Shown piece after piece: positions 30,386 through 42,226 of a DNA stretch of 64,000 bases. Made by a program: the position numbers and the translations under genes. How positions within the stretch are numbered: position 1 is the first letter of the stretch; each line of letters opens with the position of its first letter. Source of the DNA: Octopus vulgaris (lineage: Eukaryota); assembly GCA_951406725.2 (NCBI GenBank), contig OX597835.1, positions 44,640,001-44,704,000 of the forward strand, in the 5' to 3' direction. The notes beneath the pieces were generated by a model that saw nothing but the letters and a program-made list of their open reading frames with translations, made no database searches and was not told where the DNA came from.

Positions 30386-32183
30386 TATGTTTCATTTTTA
30401 TTTGTTGTTTATATGTTGTTGTTGTTGTTGTTGTTTTTATTATTCAGTTTCTTATTGAAATTGATCAAAGAGACTGGAAAAAGTTCTCGTAGTGTAGGAA
30501 ATTGTAAATGCGATAAGCGAATTTAGTGACCATATAGACAAGTTATGTTAAGGTAGATTAAAGAGAATTCTTTGTTGATATGTTGTAAGGTGTTGAGCAG
30601 CAGTATCAATATAATTGGATTTCATCAGTGCGCAGACATTGTTATTAAGCAGTGCAGCGGAAAAAAAAAAGAAAGAAAAAAATATGAATGTCTTCTTTTT
30701 CCCTCTGTCTGGAAAAGATGGAAAAGATGGAAGCCAAAGAAAGATCAGAGAGAAGAAGAGAAAGATAAAGCGAGGGATAGAGACTGTGTGTCAGGGAGAG
30801 TGGGGTAGAAAGGGTGAGAGAGTTAGGGGGGGAGTAAAGGTTTTTGAAATTACAAGTTTTCGTTGATGATATTTAGCTGCCGGTTAATACTGATTAAGCC
30901 AAATTATGAGGATATGTATTACGGCCTAGAATAGGACTTTGTTGAAATTTTTTTTACGGATTTTGTTTACATTTTTTTTTACTTTTAGTATTTTTTTTTC
31001 TGGAACGGTATTGTTCAAAATCTTCACCAAATTCTAAAGAGGATATAGGGTAAAATGAAGGAGAATTAACTGTTGTTTCTTTCAAAGGCCATGTCCATCA
31101 GATAGCTCACATAAATCAAACTATACCGAAAGAGAATTCTTTCTAACAAGGATACTCCGAACTTGAAATATTTATAAAGATAAAGTTTCCTTATTTTATA
31201 TAATATTTCTATTATTTCTCCTGTTGTTGGTTATGTTTGGCTTCATGAGCAGACGATCAGATGAGCAGATATAAGTCCACATATGACAAAGAGTGGAACG
31301 TTTTGTTTGATCTAAGTTATATTTAACGTGTTTATCTTCTTTTAAAAAGTGACAGGGTGTAGTGTATTGCCATTCGGCACTTCTGGTCCTCACTACGTAT
31401 AGAACTTAATGCACATATAAAATGGTTCTTTGCACCACACACAGCTAGATCTGGAACTACCATTTATTTTTAGTACGTCTAAGCAGGAGCAGACACAAAA
31501 TATGCTAATCACTACGTCGAGAAGAAAATATTTTCTCTTTTATAACGACAATGCGTACAACACACTGGACTTGATGGCGCAGAGAACTCTGGGACATTGG
31601 TGTTTCGACAAAATGCCAAGCAGCTTTCCTTTGTTTGTAATTACAGCGAAAACTAATGTTGGTTGGTCGGTGCGGATATCTGTCAATCGATAAAGGAATA
31701 AATAAAATTCATTGTTTGCACCGTTTACAGCAAGATCTGAAACGAATTTTTGCATATTTATTTATAATACGTCTAGGCAGGTAGATAATTTATATTCATA
31801 CCTCTGATTTAATATTTGTTGCACGTAAGATTCATTTCACAACAAAGTAAGTAAAACCTAGCCGACCCACCACCACCGTGCCTCTAAAACATGGAATATA
31901 TCCAAAATATCTCTCTAATGTACTGCAATATTATGACAATTATTTTCACCTGTAGAATAGATTGAAATTCAATCAGATCTGAAAGTACGTTAACATTTTT
32001 CTGAGTATGAATATATGTAACCTTAGTTCAATATTGGTGTATATGTTAGGTTGAATTATTTTCGCTTCGTTGTAGAGTATCTTTTCCCGAGACTGTTTGC
32101 ATATAGAACGCTAATGTTTCTTCCAAGGTCATTAGTTTTCAGCGAGATATAGTGATACATAGGAAAATTATGTGTAAATCACG

Positions 32184-32184
<1 letters not shown>

Positions 32185-32219
<35 letters not shown>

Positions 32220-32220
32220 C

Positions 32221-32300
<80 letters not shown>

Positions 32301-32700
32301 CAATCATCATCATCATCGTCGTCGTCGTCGTCATCATCATCCTCATCTAGTTCCCTTTGATGACGAAGCTAGTCGTTGGGGAGTCACTCTATACCTACGC
32401 TTTTCGTAGTCAGTCGCTGCCTCTGTTCCATGTCGTTGTAGCAGCATCACTGTGTTGTAACCTGCTCAGTTCTTGGTGTTGTCGAGCCAGGATTTTCTTT
32501 ATCTGGCTCTCTTTCGTCTTCCCTCAACTGTGTCCTGAAGAACAAAGAGTTATGGCGGGTTACACGACCGTTAGGCAAACTTTCGTACCTTTTGACTTGT
32601 TGCCTTTTGCTTCGTGCTCTGAGTACGGGATGTGTAGCAGCAATCTGAATTCGTCGTCCCATATACCAAAATGCTTGCTTTTTTATACCTTGTGTTCAAG
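32185..32700 (-). mobile_element. Decayed RTE-clade LINE 3' fragment with (GAT)n tail
   Basis: Minus-strand remnants SILVYG and VLQDTVEGRRKRAR*RKSWLDN; (CAT)n tract at 32185-32345. Confidence 0.6.
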
Positions 32701-32800
32701 GATATCTCCATTAATTCAGGATACAAGGACAGTATATTTCTGATGAAGCTCAGTGAAAGAAATATGTTGAGCTAGAGAGGAAGTATAGGATGAAGAGAAA

Positions 32801-33029
32801 GGCGGCGAGCTGGCAGAAACGTTAGCACACCGGGCGAAATGCTTAGTGGTATTGCGTCTGTCGTTGCGTTCTGAGTTCAAATTCCGCCGAGGTCGATTTT
32901 GCCTTTAATTTTTCGGGGTCGATAAATTAAGTACCAGTCACGCACTGGGGTCAATGTAATCGATTTAATCCGTTTGTCTGTCCTTGTTTGTCCCCCCTAT
33001 ATTTAGCCTCTTGTGGGCAATATAGAAAC
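32801..33029 (+). mobile_element. SINE family C, full length
   Basis: GGCGGCGAGCTGGCAGAAACGTTAG...GAGTTCAAATTCC...GGGGTCGATAAATTAAGTACCAG...GTGGGCAATATAGAAA. Confidence 0.85.
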
Positions 33030-33039
33030 AGAAGAGAAA

Positions 33040-33476
33040 GGGAATCAATGTTGCGATTCGGAGATTAAAACAGAGGTTGAAAGCTAAAGCGCATAAACTA
33101 AAGAGATATGGACAAAGAATTGAGCAATACAAATTAAACAGACTTTTCGAACTAAATCCGAAACGAGTCTATCAGGAACTGGATGGGAAAGAAAGAGGTG
33201 AAAAAGACCGTGTCGGATGCTGAGGAAAGCAAAAGATTCTGGGCAAACATATGGTCTCAGGAGAAAAAAAACACGAAACTGAAACAGAGTGGTTAAGGAC
33301 ATTCGAAGAGGAGAGTGGAGAGTGAAGAGAGCATTGTTGGGTATAACTAGCATTCTAAGGAGAGTATTGTCTCTTTGAGTCACAGGAGAAGACACTACTT
33401 GAAAGCTTTGGTGATTTGCCATTGCCTGCTTTCAAGCACAACCGGTAATTAAGATCTCTCCGAGAGTCGTTCAAAA
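33040..33476 (+). mobile_element. R4/Dong-like fragment (pre-RT region joined to a 3' end) ending in (AAT)n
   Basis: LKQRLKAKAHKLKRYGQRIEQYKLNRLF...RVYQEL...DAEESKRFWANIWS, then ILRRVLSL* and a short UTR. Confidence 0.7.
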
Positions 33477-33484
33477 TAATAATA

Positions 33485-33557
<73 letters not shown>

Positions 33558-33579
33558 TAATAATAATAATAATAATATT

Positions 33580-34201
33580 ATCTCTAGCTGCCCAGTCCTG
33601 GCTGAGAAGGAATATATTCACAGACATGACAGAGTTGGAACCTACATACATTGGAAGCTATGCCAACATTATGGAATAACAACAGAAAAAAGATGGTATA
33701 GGCACACACCAGAAAAGGTCACAGAAAACGAGAAAGCAACCATACTCTGGGATATGCCGATACACACAGATAGAGAAATTAAGGCCAACAGACCAGATAT
33801 AGTTGTCAGGGATCATGAAGTAAAAAAATGCTTTCTAATTGATATATCAATACCAGCATGTGACAACGTGTCTCTAAAAGAAATGGAGAAACTCTCAAAA
33901 TACAAAGACCTGGAAATAGAGATAACTAGAATGTGGAACCTGAAAACAGAAACAATTCCTATCATAGTAGGTGCATTAGGCATGATAAAAAAATATTCAG
34001 ACAAATACATAACAAAAACACCAGGACTTACAAACACATATAACATACAGAAAATTGCACTACTAGGCCCTGCACACATCCTACGCAGAACACTTTCCAT
34101 ACAATAACCATCAGAGCATCACAACAAATCACAGCACATACCCAAGGCACACAGAGCTGCGCTCGGTAGTGAAGTGAAAGCACGCTATAAAAATAAAACT
34201 A

Positions 34202-34205
<4 letters not shown>
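33580..34205 (+). mobile_element. 5'-truncated R4/Dong-like retrotransposon (RLE domain plus 3' UTR) inside (TAA)n
   Basis: Stop-free CPVLAEKEYIHRHDRVG...WDMPIHTDREIKANRPDIVV...LIDISIP...KLSKYKDL...IQKIALLGPAHILRR (RHD, PD..D and K..KY motifs), with TAA tracts on both sides. Confidence 0.9.
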
Positions 34206-34276
<71 letters not shown>

Positions 34277-34313
34277 TATTATTATTATTATTATTATTAT
34301 TAATATTATCATT

Positions 34314-34394
<81 letters not shown>

Positions 34395-34395
<1 letters not shown>

Positions 34396-34740
34396 AAGCT
34401 TACTGGGTATGATGAAATGTGTCAGGTGTTCACAGCCAGCACAACATACTAAGGTAACACTTGTTTACTGGTCATGCTTCAAGAACCCTACGAAGAAGGT
34501 ATTCTACCTTCACACTTGCACCAATCTTTTCAGCCATGTTGGTAGTTGAGTGCTGGTACTTCCAATTTCACTCCTTACTATTGGCATCGCGTCTCCTCTC
34601 CTCATTGACCACAGCTTTCGTATTTCCCAATTCAAATTCTCGTATTTGCCTATTATTTTTCTTCTTCTTTCACATGGATCCTGTTGTCCGCTGGCTATGC
34701 TATGGCGATTATCATAAATCTTCTTTCTTTAATCTTCACC
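34395..34740 (-). mobile_element. Decayed R4/Dong-like RLE 3' fragment
   Basis: Minus strand reads IIAIA*PADNRIHVKEEEK..KYENLNWEIRKLWSMRR...LLRRVLEA*; abuts (TTA)n. Confidence 0.7.
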
Positions 34741-34853
34741 GCAAACAATGTTCGGTTTCCGATATCCGCAGCAGTAGTGGTAGTAATAGTTGTAGTAGTA
34801 GCAGCAACAGCAGTAGTAGTAGAAGCAGCAATAATAGTAGAAGTAGTAGCAGC

Positions 34854-34895
<42 letters not shown>

Positions 34896-35082
34896 TGTAA
34901 GTGCGGCTTATGTAATGTATTTTTTGAAGTGGGATGGGGTCTCATCCGTCAAAAAGAGTTCAGATGTCTACTACGACTAGCAACGAACAGTGACCTTGAC
35001 CTTAAGAAAAATTAGGAAGAGCCGACTTACTCTTTTCTGTATTATTTGTGAATAGAGAAGTTGTGATTGACCGGAGAGAATC

Positions 35083-35127
<45 letters not shown>

Positions 35128-35128
35128 C

Positions 35129-35257
35129 ATTCGGTAGTTTTATTTTTATAGCGTGCTTTCACTTCACTACCGAGCGCAGCTCTGTGTGCCTTGGGTATGT
35201 GCTGTGATTTGTTGTGATGCTCTGATGGTTATTGTATGGAAAGTGTTCTGCGTAGGA

Positions 35258-35259
<2 letters not shown>
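35129..35259 (-). mobile_element. Extreme 3' end of the same Dong-like family as 33580-34205
   Basis: Near-exact reverse complement of 34078-34205; (TTA)n on both sides. Confidence 0.9.
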
Positions 35260-35291
<32 letters not shown>

Positions 35292-35409
35292 ATTATTGTT
35301 GTTGTTGTTGTTGTTATTGTTATTATTATTATTATTATTATTATTGTTGTTGTTGTTGTTGTTATTATTATCATTGTTGTTGTTGTTGTTGTTATTGTTA
35401 TTATTATTA

Positions 35410-35459
<50 letters not shown>

Positions 35460-35710
35460 GAGTGAGCGAGCAGAGCATGCCATCAAAGTGACACTGGGGT
35501 AAAATATACGAAGCCCAATATACCCATCATGACTACCCGTCTGATAAGGGTGCACCAGGCACATGCATCACAACCATATGTGCGCGACATGGTGATCTAA
35601 TATCAAGATAAACAGCACATGACCTTGCAGGTGGAGCCCAGTTAGAATTTTCTTCAGATCGAGTAACCCATCCCGCTCAAAAGGTCCCTGAATAAGGGTT
35701 GTTAAAGGAC
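35460..35710. mobile_element. Unclassified ~250-bp insert between (TTA)n tracts, probably the 3' UTR of another TAA-targeting element
   Basis: Complex sequence sharply bounded by TTA repeats; no coding homology recognised. Confidence 0.4.
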
Positions 35711-35728
35711 ATTATTATTATTATTATC

Positions 35729-36111
35729 ATTCAGTAGTTTTATTTTTATAGCGTGCTTTCACTGTGTGCCTTGGGTATGTGCTGTGATTTGTTGTGATGC
35801 TCTGATGGTTATTGTATGGAAAGTGTTCTGCGTCGGATGTGTGCAGTGCACAGTAGTACCCAAGTCTTTATTTATGTTATTTTTACCCCATATTTTATAT
35901 GTACATGTTGTTGTGTTTTCATTCTTTGGGTAGAGCACTGCTGTGAAGTATGCGTGTAGGGTAGAAATGTATTCCTCACGTGTCCATTTATGTCTTTTTG
36001 GTTTTATTTGCGGGACATGAGGAACAACGTCTGACCCATTATTTTGACGGTCGTTATTTTCGTAGGGTACCGGTCCGTTCATTTCTGTTGATACATGGTT
36101 TTGCACGTGTA
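35729..36111 (-). mobile_element. Internally deleted Dong-like element (N-terminal Myb-like region fused to the 3' end)
   Basis: KRHKWTREEYISTLHAYF is joined at ~35858 to ACTACT..GCACTGCACACATCC and the 3' UTR of the 33580-34205 family. Confidence 0.75.
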
Positions 36112-36118
36112 GTTGTTG

Positions 36119-36164
<46 letters not shown>

Positions 36165-36181
36165 TATTATTTCTTCTTCTT

Positions 36182-36212
<31 letters not shown>

Positions 36213-36224
36213 TTCTTCTTCTTC

Positions 36225-36273
<49 letters not shown>

Positions 36274-36279
36274 CATTAT

Positions 36280-36454
36280 TTCTCTTTATCACAGGTTTTG
36301 TTGGAGCTGCTGGAATCTTACATGCGTAGCGATCTTTCTACCTGCAGCCTACGGCACCATGTTATCCATTTTTTTCACCGACCTAATACTTTCCAAATTT
36401 CTCTGGCCTTACCAAGGAGGCAAACCTTTTGTAACAGTTCTACTGGGCACTCTC

Positions 36455-36455
<1 letters not shown>
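36280..36455 (-). mobile_element. R4/Dong-like 3' end (different subfamily) in (TTA)n
   Basis: ECPVELLQKVCLLGKAREIWKVLGR* followed by a UTR. Confidence 0.7.
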
Positions 36456-36553
<98 letters not shown>

Positions 36554-36583
36554 TTATTATTATCATCATCATCATCATCATCA

Positions 36584-36641
<58 letters not shown>

Positions 36642-37518
36642 CACATTTCGTTAGACATGTTTATGCAAAGTTCTGCTGCATGTTTGAGGACACTTCACGT
36701 CCCTGGGGTGTTTGCTGCATTGCTTATTAACAACAGAACATTGTTGTTAGATCTGGTTTAATGTTTGGGTTGTTATGTTATTTCGCTGCATAATGTTTAG
36801 GGTGTAGGTTGTGTCACATAGCTTTCTCATGATTATGTAGAATATATGTTGTATGAGAAGTGTTATTTACCAGAGTGATTATTATAGGGAGCATGCCTTG
36901 CGTATAGTACCTGCACTATTTTCACTTTTCACCTTCAATTATGGAAGCTGATTATGTTGTACTGGACAGAAGGCACCAACGCTAACTCGTAATGTCGAGC
37001 AGCGAACAATAATTATATTCGGTATTTAAATTCCTTGCATTTACTTCATAATAGTATCCAGCAAATTATATACGGGAAATTCCTAACCAATATTTTCAAT
37101 GAACGATCTACCATTATGTATGAGACGTACATTTGCTGATATAACGATAAAGATTAAGAAAATATTTGGAATCTCAATTAAACTCTAAACTGCTTATTCT
37201 CTATACACGAATACTACCTCTCATTGTGAAAAGCCCCAAAAGAATATGTAGGCAATGGTGTGGCTGTGTGGTAAGAAGCTTGCTAATCACCCACATGGTT
37301 CTGGGTTCAGTCCAACTACGTGGCAGCTTGGGCAAGTGTCTTCTAGGATAGCCTCAGGTCGACCAAAGCCCTGTCAGTGGATTTGGTAGCCGGAGGCTGC
37401 AAGAAGCCCGTCGTATATATATGTATATATGTAAATGTTCGTGTGTTTGTCATTGTCACCTCACCATCACTTGACAACCGATGTTTAAGTCCCCGTAACC
37501 TAGCGCTTCGGGCTAAAT

Positions 37519-38995
37519 TCCTTCCTTCCTTCCTTCCTTTTACACCAGCTTTCTATTTTCTTCCAGTACTGTCTCAACAATGGTGCTACTCCGGAGCAGT
37601 GGAAAACTGCCAGTGTCATTCCTCTGTTCAAAAAGGGTGACCGCACATCACCTGTCAACTATCGCCCAGTCAGTCTCACTAGCTGTATTGCAAAACTGAT
37701 GGAATCGTGTGTCAGAGAAACACTCTGGAACTTCTGGAGCTCTCACAGTCTCATCCGATCCTCACAATATGGATTTGTCCCTAACTCCAGCTGCAGTGAC
37801 CAGCTTGTCGAGTTCCTTGAGGACATTACTCAGATCACTGACAGTGGCTCATGGGTGGATGTTGTCTACCTTGACTTTGCTAAGGCTTTCAACTCTGTGC
37901 CACACAAAAGGCTTATGGTGAAACTCTCTGCAATGGGTGTGGGGGATGACCTTTTTAACTGGTTGAAATCCTTCATCCTCAGCCGAAAGGAGGTAGTCAC
38001 AGTTCTAGGACAGCACTCTACACCATATGAGATGTCATCGGGTGTACCACAGGGATCTGTCCTTGGTCCCCTCCTGTTTGTGGCATACATTAATGACATA
38101 GATGCCAATTTAAAGAATGCCACAGTATTGAAATATGCAGACGACATCAAGCTGTACCTTGAAATCAAGAGGACTGATCCTGATGTCTACAACTCTTTCC
38201 TGCAATCAGACCTAGACACAATGCAGCAATGGATCACAGACTGGCAACTGAAACTGGCTGTGGACAAGTGTACCACCATGCATTTTGGGAGAAAAAACCC
38301 TGCGTCCACGTACTCCCTCCACAACACTGATATCAAGAAATCCTCTTGCGAGCGTGACCTAGGCATCACTGTCAGCAGTGATTTGCGTTGGACAAAGCAT
38401 ATCTCTAAAATTGTCAAGAAGGCCGAGGGTGTCTTGGCATCACCCAGCAAGACTTTTGTTAGCCGCTCTCCAGCCATCTATTTAAAACTGTATACAGCTA
38501 TGGTACGACCACACTTGGAATTCGCATTATCAGTTTGGAATCCCTATCTTGCTCAGAACATTGACCTCCTGGAATCTGTCCAGAGACGTGCAACCAAACG
38601 CATACCCTCCATCAGACACCTACCATATTCTGAGCGCCTTGTTTCCCTGGGCATGGATTCACTGAAGCTCCGGCGTCTAGCGACGGACTTGGTAAACACA
38701 CACAAGGTTATCAACCACCTCACCAACAACAACACTGAACACCTTTTTGATCTCCATGTGTCTAACACACGTGGACATGCCTACAAAGTCAGAAAACAGC
38801 ACAGCTCCCATGACTTTCAGAAACATTTTTTCACGCTCAGGGTTGCTGAAGCGTGGAATAAACTGCCTGCATCAGTTGTTGACTGCCATGACACTGCATC
38901 CTTTAAGGCCCTCATGCTTCCCGAAATCCGTCGAAACTACACCTGATTATATATACACTTTAGATGAGTTGTAGTGCACCTGAGCACTGTACACA

Positions 38996-39047
<52 letters not shown>
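37519..39047 (+). mobile_element. Young 5'-truncated CR1-like LINE with (ATT)n tail
   Basis: RT ORF, ~50-bp 3' UTR and (ATT)n tail; candidate TSD TAAAT at 37514-37518 and 39046-39050. Confidence 0.9.
37546..38946 (+). CDS. Reverse transcriptase of a CR1-like non-LTR retrotransposon (partial ORF2; first Met at 37699)
   Basis: Uninterrupted frame: WKTASVIPLFKKG..NYRPVSLTS, QYGF, YLDFAKAFNSVPH, SGVPQGSVLGPLLF, YADD, ERDLGI, LESVQRRATK. Confidence 0.9.
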   Translation, partial: QLSIFFQYCLNNGATPEQWKTASVIPLFKKGDRTSPVNYRPVSLTSCIAKLMESCVRETLWNFWSSHSLIRSSQYGFVPNSSCSDQLVEFLEDITQITDSGSWVDVVYLDFAKAFNSVPHKRLMVKLSAMGVGDDLFNWLKSFILSRKEVVTVLGQHSTPYEMSSGVPQGSVLGPLLFVAYINDIDANLKNATVLKYADDIKLYLEIKRTDPDVYNSFLQSDLDTMQQWITDWQLKLAVDKCTTMHFGRKNPASTYSLHNTDIKKSSCERDLGITVSSDLRWTKHISKIVKKAEGVLASPSKTFVSRSPAIYLKLYTAMVRPHLEFALSVWNPYLAQNIDLLESVQRRATKRIPSIRHLPYSERLVSLGMDSLKLRRLATDLVNTHKVINHLTNNNTEHLFDLHVSNTRGHAYKVRKQHSSHDFQKHFFTLRVAEAWNKLPASVVDCHDTASFKALMLPEIRRNYT

Positions 39048-39048
<1 letters not shown>

Positions 39049-39200
39049 ATGATCGTTAGAATAAGTACTAGACTTACAAAGAATAAGTACTAGACTTACA
39101 AAGAATAAGTCCTGGGGTCAATTTGTTCGACTAAAGGCGGCGCTTCCACATGGCCGCAGTCAAATGACAGAAACAAATAAAAGAATATCTATCTATCTAT

Positions 39201-39362
39201 CCGTTCGTCGGACAATTTTGGTTGAGAATGGAACAAGATATGGTTATATGCATGAAAATGGTTTATGCATGTAACCATATCTTGTTTCATTCTCAACCAA
39301 AACTTTTCGACGAACGGGAACGTGAAACTCTGAGTAACAATTTTTGTTGGTGTCTTTGCAGC
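39201..39362. mobile_element. Foldback PLE-like insert (arms ~39201-39255 / 39264-39317) with an HHR motif at ~39299-39344
   Basis: Consensus of the two arms gives AAAATTGT-CCGACGA-ACG(GGAA)CGT-GAA-ACTC-T-GAGT-A-ACAATTTT. Confidence 0.7.
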
Positions 39363-39692
39363 TATACACACACACGCAAACATACACACACGCAAACACA
39401 CACACACACAGACACAAACAAACACACACACACACAGACGCATATATATATATATATATACGCTGAGTTTCCAAGCAGCAAACTTCTACTCATTGGACAT
39501 CTGACTCCGCGTGTGTATAATAGTTGGGAATGGTCAAGCTGCCGCGTAGTGATATAGGGACCAAAACCACAGTGTTCCATCGTGATATTCTTAACCACAT
39601 ACATATGCTTGCGCCCAGAGTAACATAAACTTTTATTTTTGCTCAATTCCTTGATTATTTTCTTTGAATTCCTTAATTTGTTTGATATCCGT

Positions 39693-39905
39693 ACTCTTTA
39701 CTCTTTTACTCTTTTACTTGTTTCAGTCATTTGACTGCGGCAATGCTGGAGCACCGCCTTTAATCGAGCAACTCGACCCCGAGACTTATAGTTTTGAAGC
39801 CCAGTACTTATTCTATCGGTCTGTTTTGCCGAACCGCTAAGTAACGGGGACATAAACACACCAGCATCGGTTGTCAAGCAATGCTAGGGGGACAAACACT
39901 CACAC

Positions 39906-39947
<42 letters not shown>

Positions 39948-40136
39948 TATATAGAAGGAGCTTCTACAGGACTAGAACTGTTTCATTCAAGAGAAATCTT
40001 CAGTGCTTCCTGAAGATTTCTCTTGAATGAAACAGTTCTAGTCCTGTAAAGCTCCTTCTATATAATAAATTAATTTTACTCTGCTATGTATTGAGTACCT
40101 TATTTACTGTGGTTAACCCCGAATCAACCCGGGACC

Positions 40137-40206
<70 letters not shown>

Positions 40207-40369
40207 TACGACGGGCTGCTTTTCAGTTTCCGTCTACCATATCCACTCACAAGGCTTTGGTCGGCCCGAGGCTATAGTAGAAGACACTTGCCCAAGGTGC
40301 CACGCAGTGGGACTGAACCCGGAACCCTGTGGTTGGTTTTCAAGCTACTTACCACACAGCTACTCCTGC
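39693..40369 (-). mobile_element. SINE family B with a PLE-like foldback inserted in its internal (TA)n
   Basis: Tail 39693-39905 and head 40206-40369 are reverse complements of 22675-23075. Confidence 0.85.
39942..40139. mobile_element. Foldback PLE-like insert: ~62-bp arms (39942-40003 / 40010-40070), 6-nt loop, one-sided tail
   Basis: The arms differ by one indel. The right arm starts at an HHR-like core, CTGAAGA-TTTCTCTTGAAT-GAAACAGTT. Confidence 0.7.
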
Positions 40370-40885
40370 GTACACAGACATCGCTTCGATAATTACGATC
40401 AGTTTTATGTTAGGTATATCTATATTCTACTTCTTAACTGGTTTTATATCATAGAATTGGCACATAGCCTGTTGGTGAAAACAATCGACTAGATTAAGTC
40501 TGTGGATATTTTTCGCATTTGGCAAAGAGCGTAAAATCATAAAATGTGAAGTTAATCGTCCCATTGAACTGATTCTATAACCATCACTGGAAGTTCGCAT
40601 AGTTTCTTCAAAATGTTGTTCTTGTAATAACTTGTTGCTATTCATTGCAACTCTGAAGATAAAATCAGGCCTGTAACTGTTCTTAGCCCAGATCTTTTGA
40701 CCTATCGTTGGCCGTTAATCCGGTGTACTTACATGCGCACGTGTGCACACACGCACTTGCACAAACCCACACAAATACACACATACACACACACGCACGC
40801 ACACACAGATATAGATATAAATATAATTGTTTGTATTTTGAATTACCCTCTCTTTCATTCCTTTATTAAAATGCGGATGTTTGAA

Positions 40886-41235
40886 GGGGGCGAGCTTGCA
40901 GAAACGTGAGCGCGCCGGGCGCTATGCTTAGCGGTGTTTCGTCTGTCTTTATGTTCTGAGTTCAAATTCCGCCGAGGTCGACTTTGCCTTTCATCCTTTC
41001 GAGGTCGATAAATTAAGTAACAGTTGTGTACTGGTGTCGATCTAGTCGACTGGCCCCTCCCTCAAAATTTCGGGCTTTGTGCCTAGAGGAGAAAAGAATA
41101 TGCGGATGTGTGAAGACAGCGAGCCGGCCGAAACGTTAGCACACCGGACGTACGGCTTAGCAGTATTTCGTCTCTCTTTACGGTTCTGTGTTCAAATACC
41201 GCCGAGGTCGACTTTGCCTTTCATCATTTTGGGTT
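40886..41235 (+). mobile_element. Two tandem SINE family C copies (40886-41099 full length; 41115-41235 partial)
   Basis: Homology to 32801-33029; a 16-bp direct repeat ATGCGGATGT(T/G)TGAAG flanks the first copy. Confidence 0.85.
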
Positions 41236-41809
41236 AGACTTCATAACTAACTCCTAAGAAATGTGAGATAATTATTAATAGGTCTCAACTTAGCCCTTAG
41301 GGATCCGTGTAACATTTTGTTATTAAAAATGATGTGCAATAAATTCGTGACATTTCTATAATACACAAAACATTTTAGCAATTTGTAAATACAATTCCTA
41401 ATAATATCAAAAGATTTTAGGATCATTCTGAAACTTAAAATGGTTACTGGGTACTAGCAGCATAATATAATAACCAAACGGGTCCACAGACAAAAAATAG
41501 TTGAGAACCAGTGAAATAGATTCAAATATGACGAGATTTTCACGGCTCGATTGAATGTAGTAATAGATCTATTCGGTAAGAACTGATTAATGTGTAAACA
41601 ACAAAACCCAGCAAAAAAAAAACAAAAAACAAAACAAAACAATGACAACGAAGTCAAGTCTAAATGGAAGAAACAATACCAATAACAACATCATCTTAAA
41701 GCCACTTAGAATTCCGTAGTTTTAAATCGCTAAAGTATTTGCATTGTCTATCGATTGTGTGTCACAGTTTTATACGTTCTAGAAAATCTTTTCTTTCCTA
41801 ATCACCGTC

Positions 41810-42084
41810 TTATCTCTCTCTCTCCCTCTCTCCTCTCTCTCACTCCTCTCTCTCTCCCCCTCTCTCTCTCTGTTTCCCTCTCTCGTTTGCTTCTCGAACT
41901 AAATTGTTTCTCTCTCTCGTTCTGTTTGTTGCTTTTTCTCCCACTCTAACTCTCTCCCTCTCTCTCGTTCTGTCTTCTTTTCTCTCTATTTCTCTCTTCC
42001 ACGCACTCGCTTGTCCTGCTTTTCACTCCCTCTCTTCATTTATCATCCTCACTCGCTCTCATTCTCCCTCTTTCTCCCCCCCTT

Positions 42085-42120
<36 letters not shown>

Positions 42121-42184
42121 CCTCCGTTTCTGTCTTGTTCTGTTCGTCTCTCTCTCTATTTTCCCCTTTCTCTCTCTCTCTCCC

Positions 42185-42226
<42 letters not shown>

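Larger units (their letters stand above)
37252..39186 (+). mobile_element. SINE family B split by a CR1-like LINE insertion (SINE halves 37252-37517 and 39050-39186)
   Basis: The two halves join to give the colinear sequence seen intact at 22675-23075. Confidence 0.8.
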
